Positions 56,090 to 64,000 of a stretch of 64,000 nucleotides of DNA are shown piece by piece. The stretch spans positions 64,001 to 128,000 of the forward strand of contig JAXHVD010000003.1 of NCBI GenBank assembly GCA_034189385.1. The letters run 5' to 3'. Made by a program: the position numbers and the translations under genes. The notes under the pieces are model-generated. The model saw only the letters and a list, made by a program, of their open reading frames with translations, was not told where the DNA came from and did not search any database. Source of the DNA: Thermodesulfobacteriota bacterium (GTDB taxonomy: Bacteria > Desulfobacterota > Desulfobacteria > Desulfobacterales > C00003060). The stretch's first letter is position 1, and the number at the start of each line of letters is the position of its first letter.

Positions 56090-58819
56090 TTGAAAGACTT
56101 TCGACCTAGAAAACCCAAGCGGGGCAAGTTTGTCCCACGACCGAGGCCTCGGGGCCCCAGGAAAGAAATACCCAGGATCAAACCGAGCGCCGACGGCCGC
56201 CTGAAAAAGGTCTTTGCCAAGATCGGTGCGCCCCCTAAGTCACCCTTTAGGCCAGACCCCTTTCAAACGGAGGCCCTGGCGGCCATCAGAAAGTCCGACT
56301 GCCTGGTTTCAGCCCCCACCGGTTCTGGAAAGACCTGGATCGCCCAGGAAGCCATCCGTCGCGTCCAAAAGAAAGGAGGCAAGGCGTGGTACGCCTCGCC
56401 CCTGAAGGCCCTTTCCAACTCAAAGCTCCTCGAATTCAGCATGGAATTCGGTCCCGACCATGTTGGCATATTGACAGGAGACCGCAAAGAAAACCCCGAT
56501 GCCCCCATTATCGTGGGGACCACGGAGATCCTGCGGAACCAACTCTATGATGCCATGCATGAGGGCGTGGACCTGGCCGCAGACCTGGTGATCCTGGATG
56601 AGGCTCACTTCCTGGGAGACCAGGATCGGGGGGTGGTCTGGGAAGAGATCATGATCTACCTGCCCGTGCGGGTCCACCTGTTGCTCCTGTCGGCCACCAT
56701 AGGAAATGCCCGTCAGATCGCCGATTGGCTGGAATCCATCCGGTCCAAGTCCTGCGTGCTGGTTGAAGAAAAGGGCCGGCCGGTACCCCTTTTTCCCCTC
56801 TTCTTTCACCCCTCCGGCAAGCTGCTGCCCCTTCTCGATTCCAAGGGCCTGGACAAGAAGGTAAGGACCTACGTAAGCAGCGCCAACCCTCCGGTCCTTT
56901 CCTCTCCCAGGGCTCTTCCCCCCTTTAAGGAGGTCTTGAGGGTCTTGAGAAAGTACGATCTTCTTCCCGCCATATTCTTCATGAAATCAAGGGCAGACTG
57001 TGACGGGGCCCTTGATCGCGCCGTGGACACTACGGGGGGCAACCGACGCGAGGGGGGCGAGTTAGGCGCCCATATTGATCGACTCATCATGGAGCATGTC
57101 CACGTGGCAACGCACCGGCAGCTTTGGCATCTTAGAAGCGGGGCCGTGGGGGCCCATCACAGCGGCCAGCTCCCGGTGTGGAAACTCGTTATAGAAGACC
57201 TCATGACCAAAGGTCTCCTTGATGCCGTCTTTGCCACGTCAACAGTGGCTGCAGGCGTAAACTTTCCGGCCAGAAGCGTAGTGTTCCTCAATTCAGACAG
57301 ATACAACGGCCATGAGTTTGTTCCCCTAAACGGCACAGAGTTTCATCAGACAACGGGCAGGGCCGGCAGGCGGGGCAAAGACCGTATCGGTTTTGCACTG
57401 GTCGTACCAGGAAAATTTATGGATGTGCGGCTCATGGCAGAGCTTTGCACCACACCGCCCGAGGATGTTCTCAGCCAGATAAGGGTGGATTTTTCCATGG
57501 TCCTGAACCTGCTCTTGTCTCACAGTCCGGATCAGATCAGGGAGATCTTTCAAAGGTCTTTTGCCACCTACCTGAACGTGATGAACCAGGAACCGGGGTT
57601 GGAGCAGAAGCTCAACAAATCCGGCCGCGAGCTGATCAGCCTTCTTCCTGATGCCCTGTGTGCCGGCCCTGAGTTTGTCCTTGATCTTATCAGGAGGCAG
57701 CGTAACTTGATTCGTGAAACCAAAGAGCTCGGCCGGAGACTGAAAAAGCTCGAGCTCCATCTTTCCAAGCTGGCAAGCCTTGTGCCAGGCCGGCTTTTTC
57801 TGGATCGCCATGGCCGGACATACTGCGCCATGAAAGGCCACGTGAGAAGGGGCGAAGAGGGTGTCCTGGCCTGCCGGGTAAGGGGCGGTATCTCTTTGCG
57901 GGGAAAGTATTTGAAAATGAGGTGGTTTCGTCCGCAAAAGGTCGCACAGATCCTGGACAAGGTCGTGGACTTGCCGTCTCTGGACCATCCTTTAGAAGTC
58001 AGGGCTCTACTGGCGCAAACGGCACAGGACGGGTTGCCGCCGCCACTGGCGTCACTGTCTCTTGGGGAAAAGGAGCTTGCGACCCTGCGCCCCCTTAAAA
58101 CGCGGGCCTTTCTTCTAGAAGAGGAACTTGACGGACTGATTTGCAGACAGTGTGGGCACTTCAAAACATGTCATGGAAAGCGCCGGGGCGGATTCAGTCG
58201 GGTCCTTGACGGGTTCGCCTTGACCTGGGACAGGGCTCATGCCGTGCGTATGGGATTGTGGAATGATTTCTCCCACCACCTTGCCTTTCTGAAGGAGGAG
58301 GGCTTTGTTGCAGAAGCGAATACGCTTACCCATGACGGCATATGGGCCTCTCGGCTCAGGCTCGACCAGCCCCTTATGATTGCCGAAGGCCTGAGAAAGG
58401 GGGTCTTCCCAGATTCCGACCCGGCCTTGTTGGCGGCCCTGGTGGCCCCCTTTGTCCATGATCGGGACGTGGAGCTGAAGCTGGACGAAAGGACAGTGCC
58501 CAAGCGTTTGCTAAAATCCTTTGAAGGGATGAAAAAGTCCCTTGCTCCCTTGGTGGAGCGCAAAGTCGTGAGAGGTTTTGAGGTAAGACCCATCTCCCTG
58601 TGGCCTGCTGCCACCATTTATGGATGGGCCAATGGCCAGCCGTGGGAAAAGGTGTTGGAGATTGCCGGCATGGCAGAGGGAGACCTGGCCATGCTGGTCA
58701 CCAGGACGGCGGACAACCTAAGACAGGTTGCCTCGCTGACAGAGGCACATCCGGCCGTGGCTCAGACGGCCTTTCAAGCTATCGCGATCATTCTAAGAGA
58801 GCCCGTGGTTGTGGATTAG
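56090..58819 (+). CDS. Ski2/HelY-like DExH-box RNA helicase
   Basis: DPFQ, APTGSGKT, PLKALSN, GILTGD, LDEAH, LSAT, AHHSG, FATST.A.GVN.PA, Q..GRAGRRG; DSHCT-like C-terminus (EGD...R); start uncertain (55976 or 56090). Confidence 0.9.
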   Translation: MKDFRPRKPKRGKFVPRPRPRGPRKEIPRIKPSADGRLKKVFAKIGAPPKSPFRPDPFQTEALAAIRKSDCLVSAPTGSGKTWIAQEAIRRVQKKGGKAWYASPLKALSNSKLLEFSMEFGPDHVGILTGDRKENPDAPIIVGTTEILRNQLYDAMHEGVDLAADLVILDEAHFLGDQDRGVVWEEIMIYLPVRVHLLLLSATIGNARQIADWLESIRSKSCVLVEEKGRPVPLFPLFFHPSGKLLPLLDSKGLDKKVRTYVSSANPPVLSSPRALPPFKEVLRVLRKYDLLPAIFFMKSRADCDGALDRAVDTTGGNRREGGELGAHIDRLIMEHVHVATHRQLWHLRSGAVGAHHSGQLPVWKLVIEDLMTKGLLDAVFATSTVAAGVNFPARSVVFLNSDRYNGHEFVPLNGTEFHQTTGRAGRRGKDRIGFALVVPGKFMDVRLMAELCTTPPEDVLSQIRVDFSMVLNLLLSHSPDQIREIFQRSFATYLNVMNQEPGLEQKLNKSGRELISLLPDALCAGPEFVLDLIRRQRNLIRETKELGRRLKKLELHLSKLASLVPGRLFLDRHGRTYCAMKGHVRRGEEGVLACRVRGGISLRGKYLKMRWFRPQKVAQILDKVVDLPSLDHPLEVRALLAQTAQDGLPPPLASLSLGEKELATLRPLKTRAFLLEEELDGLICRQCGHFKTCHGKRRGGFSRVLDGFALTWDRAHAVRMGLWNDFSHHLAFLKEEGFVAEANTLTHDGIWASRLRLDQPLMIAEGLRKGVFPDSDPALLAALVAPFVHDRDVELKLDERTVPKRLLKSFEGMKKSLAPLVERKVVRGFEVRPISLWPAATIYGWANGQPWEKVLEIAGMAEGDLAMLVTRTADNLRQVASLTEAHPAVAQTAFQAIAIILREPVVVD

Positions 58820-58834
58820 GTTGTTCGATGGCCA

Positions 58835-60037
58835 ATGAATCCGGAGGACTTCATGAGAGAAGATAGGAGCAAAGAGAAGAAAGAGGTTGTTGTGAAGGCC
58901 CTTCGCCCCTTTGGCACCACCGTTTTCACTGAGATGACGGCCCTGGCCAAGGCCCACAACGCGGTCAATCTGTCCCAGGGATTTCCTGATTTTGATGGGC
59001 CCGAGGAGATCAAGAAAAGGGCCGCAGAGGCCATCCTGAAGGGCCCCAACCAGTATATATCCTCCACGGGGATAGACCCGTTGCGTCAGGCCGTAGCCCG
59101 CAAGATGAAACGCTTTTATGGGCTGGATGTCAATCCACAGGATGAGGTGACCGTCACAGCCGGTGCCACAGAGGGGGTGTGCGCCACCTTTTTGGGCCTC
59201 GTGGAGCCGGGCGATGAAGTCATATTGCTGGACCCTGCCTACGACGCCTACGGGCCAGTGGCGGCCCTGACGGGGGCAAAGGTCCGGCATGTGTCTCTAA
59301 AAGGTCACGAATTCGGTCTCCCTAGAAAAGAGCTGGCCGAGGCCTTTGGGCCCAAGACCAAAGCCATAGTAATCAATACCCCTCAAAACCCCTCTTGCAA
59401 GGTCTTTTCTCGCGAAGATCTCTCATTTATCGGGATCCTCTGTAAAAAACACGATGCCTATGTCATCAGCGACGAAGTCTACGAACATATCGTATACGAT
59501 GGCCGCAAACATGAGACGCTTTTGAGCATAGCCCATCTTCGCCACCGGGCCTTGGTGATCTCTTCCACAGCCAAGACCTTCTCCATGACTGGCTGGAAGG
59601 TCGGGTATGTTATTGCGGCCCCGGAGCTCTCTCGAGCGGTCCGCATGAGCCACCAGTTCATCACTTTCTGCGGCCAGTCCGCCTTACAAAAGGCCATGGC
59701 CTTTGCCATAGACTTCCCAGATTCCTATTATGAAGCCCTGCTTGCCGATTATACCCGTAGAAGGGACTGGCTCTGCGATGCATTGAAAGACATCGGTTTC
59801 CGCGTCTTTACTCCGGAAGGCACGTATTACGTTATGGCAGACATCAGACCCTTGGGGTTTGATGACGACGTGGCCTTCTGCCGCATGCTTCCCCGGGAGG
59901 CAGGCGTGGCGGCTATCCCATGCTCCTCGTTCTGGAAGGACCGTCAACAGGGCAGGGAGTTGGTCCGCTTCTGTTTCTGTAAAAGGGATGAGACCTTGCA
60001 GGAGGCCGTGACACGCCTTAAGAGATGGTTGGGATAG
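58835..60037 (+). CDS. PLP-dependent class I/II aminotransferase (YbdL/kynurenine aminotransferase-like)
   Basis: AVNLSQGFPDF, NQY, TAGATE, NTPQNP, SDEVYEH, SSTAKTFSMTGWKVG, VRFCFCK. Confidence 0.92.
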   Translation: MNPEDFMREDRSKEKKEVVVKALRPFGTTVFTEMTALAKAHNAVNLSQGFPDFDGPEEIKKRAAEAILKGPNQYISSTGIDPLRQAVARKMKRFYGLDVNPQDEVTVTAGATEGVCATFLGLVEPGDEVILLDPAYDAYGPVAALTGAKVRHVSLKGHEFGLPRKELAEAFGPKTKAIVINTPQNPSCKVFSREDLSFIGILCKKHDAYVISDEVYEHIVYDGRKHETLLSIAHLRHRALVISSTAKTFSMTGWKVGYVIAAPELSRAVRMSHQFITFCGQSALQKAMAFAIDFPDSYYEALLADYTRRRDWLCDALKDIGFRVFTPEGTYYVMADIRPLGFDDDVAFCRMLPREAGVAAIPCSSFWKDRQQGRELVRFCFCKRDETLQEAVTRLKRWLG

Positions 60038-60273
60038 GACCTCCTCTATCGAGTCAGAGTCATTCCTAGGTTCTCTCTACCCCCCTTGGGCACCGTGAAA
60101 AGTCCAGCTTTTGCCCCGCAAATCGAGCGCCAACCAATAAACCGAACTTCTTGGCAGTTACCGTTCATGGGATGGTTGACAAAGTCGCATCAAGGATTTA
60201 CCAACAAGGAACTTGCAAGGCCAAGTGGAAAGGACCACCAGACCAGAAACATTTGCCACACAAAACAGACACC

Positions 60274-61344
60274 ATGAACAAGAAAGAACCAAAAGATATT
60301 GGTAGAATGATTCTCTCGTGGTATGCCCACCACCAGCGTGATCTGCCATGGAGGAAGACCCGCGACCCTTACCATATTTGGGTCTCTGAGGTCATGCTTC
60401 AGCAGACTCAGGTGGAAACCGTCATCCCCTATTACAACCGGTTTCTAAGCCAGTTTCCAACGGTCGTTGCCCTTGCCGAGGCACCGCTGGATGATGTGCT
60501 CAAGGCATGGGAGAATATGGGCTACTATGCTAGGGCCCGGAATCTCCACGCTGCGGCAAAAAGGGTCCTGAATCGCTTCAAAGGAGAGATACCACAAACC
60601 CGGGAAGGACTGATGAGTCTCCCGGGTATTGGCCCATACACAGCTTCCGCCATACTCAGTATCGCCTTTGACAATCCCCTACCGGCTGTTGATGCCAACG
60701 CAAGAAGGGTCATTGCCAGGCTCTTTGTTGTCGACGAGCCCTTGGGTCGGGGTGTGACCACTGGGTTCGTGTGGGACCTGGCAAAGCAACTCATGCCTAG
60801 GGAAAGGGCCGGGGATTTCAACCAAGGTCTCATGGACCTGGGCGCCACCCTGTGTACCTTCCAGAAACCCAAGTGCACGCGTTGTCCTGTCCGGACGTTG
60901 TGTAAGGCCTACAGAAACGGTTTGCAGGAAGTCCTCCCCCTCACAAAGAAGCGCGGCCCTATCCCCCACCATCATTGGACAGCAGGGATAATTACTGACC
61001 AAGACGGCCGTGTCCTTATCACGCAGCGTCCGAATAAAGGGCTGTTGGGAGGGCTCTGGAAATTTCCGGGGGGCAGACAACTACCAGGAGAAGGCCTCAA
61101 AACATGTGTCAAAAGAGAGATTCAAGCAGAGGTCGATATCGCCGTTCGGGTTGGCAAAGGCGTAGCCCAGATCAAACATGTGTACACCCACTTCCGCATT
61201 ACCCTCCACGCCTTCCACTGTGTGCACCGTGACGGTACCCCCTCGGCCCTGGGATGCAGAGACTGGCGTTGGACTGCGACAACTGGTTTTGACGATTTTG
61301 CCTTTTCAAAGGCAGATCGTAAGATTATCCAGGCCTTGAGATAA
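60274..61344 (+). CDS. mutY: A/G-specific adenine glycosylase
   Basis: RDLPWR, WVSEVMLQQT, GYYARARNL, LPGIGPYTA (HhH), NQGLMDLGA..C....P.C..CP....C Fe-S motif, C-terminal NUDIX-like domain. Confidence 0.96.
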   Translation: MNKKEPKDIGRMILSWYAHHQRDLPWRKTRDPYHIWVSEVMLQQTQVETVIPYYNRFLSQFPTVVALAEAPLDDVLKAWENMGYYARARNLHAAAKRVLNRFKGEIPQTREGLMSLPGIGPYTASAILSIAFDNPLPAVDANARRVIARLFVVDEPLGRGVTTGFVWDLAKQLMPRERAGDFNQGLMDLGATLCTFQKPKCTRCPVRTLCKAYRNGLQEVLPLTKKRGPIPHHHWTAGIITDQDGRVLITQRPNKGLLGGLWKFPGGRQLPGEGLKTCVKREIQAEVDIAVRVGKGVAQIKHVYTHFRITLHAFHCVHRDGTPSALGCRDWRWTATTGFDDFAFSKADRKIIQALR

Positions 61345-61715
61345 GAAAGTCGGGTTCTCCCCAGACCTACAAGAACGGGCAGGGCGCCCCTGCCCTTGCC
61401 TTCAGAGAGGCTCTAGGACCCCATTGACAGGCCCTTTCTCCAAAGAGGAATTGGAACAAAGGGTCAGGGCGTTAGAGAGGGATGCCAAGGTCTTCTGCCT
61501 GTCCTATGTCCAGCCAGAAATCCATACAGCTGTTGCATAAGAGGTTGACTTTTCATACGTTTTGCCTTATAAATACGTGGAATAAACGGATAAGAATCGC
61601 AAGAAGTCTTTGACCAAAATTTGAGCCCTCTGGAAAAAACGGCTTTTTGCGAGACTGTCAAGATACGAGCCTGTCTTATTCGCTTTTTTTACTTATCCCT
61701 TTACGTGAGGTTGTC

Positions 61716-62834
61716 ATGGCAAAAGTGCTTCTGGTAGAGGATGAAGAACAGACTCGGAGTACCTACGAAAAGCTTATCTCTCGCATGGGACACGAAGTCT
61801 TTACAGCGGGAGATGCTAAAGAAGCAAAAGTCATTGTTCAGTCTGAAGAGGATCTCGACGTTGCCCTCGTAGATCGCATTCTTCCTGGAGAAGAAGATGG
61901 CTTAGCCGTCCTGAGATTCATCCAAGACCACGCACCCCTTTGCCAGACTGTTCTAGTGACCGGATATCCCAACTTTGACTCCGCATCAGAAGCTCTTCGT
62001 GCCTGTGCCTTTGACTACCTGACCAAACCGGTCGAAACAGCGCGGTTGGCCCAAGTCATCGACGCCGCTTTTGCAGAAAAGGCTCTTCAGAAGGAGAAGA
62101 TTCTGGAGGCCGAAAGAAATAAGGAAGGATACGAGGAATTACGATCAAAACAGGAGATCTTGCGACATGATATGCGGTCGCTTCTTGTGGGGATCGTCGG
62201 CTTTTCCAACCTGCTCATGGATAAGACAACTTTGGATGACACGCAGTTGGAATACTGTAAACAGATTCGGCAATACGGTATTCAACTTGAAAACATGGTA
62301 AATACCTATCTGAATATATCTGACCTGGAGCAGAAGACCTCTCAGTGCCCCAAAGCCATGTTTAATCTCTTCGATGTTATTAGACAATCAAGGAATACAC
62401 TGCACTTCCTGGCTGATGAGAAGAATGTTGACATCTCCGTCATCAACAATAAGAGGATGCATTCCATAGACGACGTTCTTCCTTTTGAGGGAAATCGGAT
62501 GTACCTTCAAAACGCCATTGACAACCTCGTGAAAAACGCCATCGAGGCATCCCCCCCAGACAAACGGGTAAAAATCAGGGTTAAAGGACGGCCGGAATGG
62601 CTTTCCATTTCCATTCATAACTGGGGAGCTGTCCCCCAAGATGTGCTACCCACATTCTTTGAAAAATATGCCACCTCGGGCAAGCAGAACGGATTTGGCT
62701 TGGGTACCTATGTAGCAAGATTAGTAACCGAAGAACATGGCGGAAAGATACATTTTACTTCATCGGAAGACGAAGGCACGGAGGTCTTAATGGCACTTCC
62801 GTTTTCGCAGTTTGACACAGAATTGAAAGTCTGA
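61716..62834 (+). CDS. hybrid response regulator / histidine kinase (REC-HisKA-HATPase)
   Basis: VLLVEDE, ALVDRILP, VTGY, DYLTKP; RHDMRS H-box, NLVKNAIEA, FFEKY, GFGLG. Confidence 0.92.
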   Translation: MAKVLLVEDEEQTRSTYEKLISRMGHEVFTAGDAKEAKVIVQSEEDLDVALVDRILPGEEDGLAVLRFIQDHAPLCQTVLVTGYPNFDSASEALRACAFDYLTKPVETARLAQVIDAAFAEKALQKEKILEAERNKEGYEELRSKQEILRHDMRSLLVGIVGFSNLLMDKTTLDDTQLEYCKQIRQYGIQLENMVNTYLNISDLEQKTSQCPKAMFNLFDVIRQSRNTLHFLADEKNVDISVINNKRMHSIDDVLPFEGNRMYLQNAIDNLVKNAIEASPPDKRVKIRVKGRPEWLSISIHNWGAVPQDVLPTFFEKYATSGKQNGFGLGTYVARLVTEEHGGKIHFTSSEDEGTEVLMALPFSQFDTELKV

Positions 62835-62955
62835 TTACAAAACCCTGTCCAAGGGCCTCCCGAATTCACTTTTTGAGTCCTCACGTTCTCCTTGCCGATC
62901 CCTGCCATCAGGCCAACCCACCTCGGGGCCTTCAGGACATCTTTGCACTACCAGT

Positions 62956-63150
62956 CTAAGGCTTTCGTCTCCCGATCCATCGCCCCCTAATGAAGTACGG
63001 ACCTGCTCTTTCCTCATAGGATGGCCAAGGGGTATGGTGACGGTAGAGCGCCCTTCGTCTTTTTCTCCTGTAGGTGGATTCCCAGAGACCTACAAAGAGA
63101 AAACGAAAAAGCCTATTAAACAGGCCCTGTTTCTGTCTGCCACGTTCCAT
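62956..63150 (-). CDS. small basic hypothetical protein (64 aa)
   Basis: GGAGAGG upstream of ATG 63150; MERGRQKQGLFNRLFRFLFVGLWESTYRRKRRR...; no recognisable family. Confidence 0.35.
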   Translation of the reverse strand: MERGRQKQGLFNRLFRFLFVGLWESTYRRKRRRALYRHHTPWPSYEERAGPYFIRGRWIGRRKP

Positions 63151-63490
63151 TATCCTCTCCACTGCCTTGCCTTTCGGCCTCTTTCCAAGCCGTTGGCATT
63201 CTTCATATCCTCTTAATATAAGACATGCTGAGCCCAGCTTCCAGGCTAAGCTTGAGTTGAAGACAAGGATAGGGGCTTTGCCCGGTAACCATATAGCACC
63301 CCCCATTTACTTTCGTAAGGCGTTGTGCTATTGGCTGGTAAAAGAGAAACGTAGATATTTTAAGGTCTTAGCCCCGAGAGTACGCGAGGGGGTGAAGGGC
63401 ATTTTGTGGTTTATAGGCGGCAGACTGTGCTGGTTTGAACACATTACAAACGTTAACCAAAAGAAAATAAGAGGATGGAAAAAAGGGGGC

Positions 63491-63689
63491 AAGGACATCA
63501 TGTCCCAGGTTCATCCCGTATTAAAGGAGGACGATCAGATGAACCTGACTATATACATTTGAGCAAGGAGTTCGGCAGCAGTTGGTGGAATGGGATGGCA
63601 AGATTGTCGGCGTCATAAACCTCATGGTGTTGCTCCACGAATTCCTGGAAACCGTCGGCCCAGAATGCCACGTAGAACGGGAGAAGTGA
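63491..63689 (+). pseudogene. frameshifted CBS-domain gene remnant
   Basis: KDIMSQVHPVLKEDDQMNLTIYI in one frame continues as FEQGVRQQLVEWDGKIVGVINLMVLLHEFLETVGPECHVEREK* after a frameshift near 63558. Confidence 0.6.
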
Positions 63690-64000
63690 TGTTAGGCAAG
63701 GTGTGTGGCAACACCCTGCAAATGGATCCCTACCCGATGTGACATTCTTGCGCAGTGTGCATGAATCAGTCCTCAATGGAGGCTCTGAGGACCGTGGTGT
63801 AATGGAACAGCTATGGCAGAGCCTTTTCAGTCTTATGAATCAGATTTATGAAGGGACCAGCAAGGAAGTGGACTCACCACCCCCTTCCCTCCGGGGTATG
63901 CTGGTCGCACCTTATCGGAGTGAGCATGCTAGGCGGTATCGCTTTCACCCTGTCTCTGTTCATATCCGGCTTGTCTTTCCCCACAGGTGATTTTACGGAC

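Noticed and set aside
61349..61397. REP-like palindromes after mutY
   Set aside because: One short GC hairpin and a degenerate neighbour; no clear repeat family within the window.
63560..63562. Selenocysteine read-through of the TGA in the CBS-like ORF
   Set aside because: In-frame continuation is not CBS-like, whereas the shifted frame is; a frameshift fits better.

Overview
64 kb of mostly housekeeping chromosome from an anaerobic Gram-negative bacterium, most likely Desulfobacterota/deltaproteobacterial (inferred from gene content and style, not from a database search). It holds about 50 protein genes: a Mo/W-type ABC transporter with an outer-membrane barrel, purine/MTA salvage (PNP plus two tandem deaminases), dksA, an AmmeMemoRadiSam cluster, a complete 7-gene shikimate operon, nhaR, a DEAD-box helicase with typA, several metabolite-repair enzymes, an Att-type ABC/lipocalin system, a Ski2-like helicase, mutY and a hybrid kinase. 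I found no rRNA, tRNA, CRISPR array or intact transposase. The most notable signals are absent from the ORF track. (1) A Tyr-rich leader peptide (MEMKGYYFSYYYYL...) is followed by an antiterminator and two tandem terminators upstream of the aro operon, which also carries a chorismate mutase-shikimate dehydrogenase fusion. (2) A near-consensus sigma28 promoter precedes two uncharacterised genes sharing a homologous helical domain; the larger has an N-terminal FliM/CheZ-like CheY-binding-type motif. (3) An AmmeMemoRadiSam system has a Tat signal on the radical SAM enzyme and a Sec-like signal on the Memo-AMMECR1 fusion. (4) A sigma54 promoter with a palindromic upstream site precedes two small proteins and a TusA lacking its canonical Cys. 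Also seen: small unannotated ORFs, HigA and CBS pseudogene remnants, and 7-/10-mer intergenic repeat arrays.
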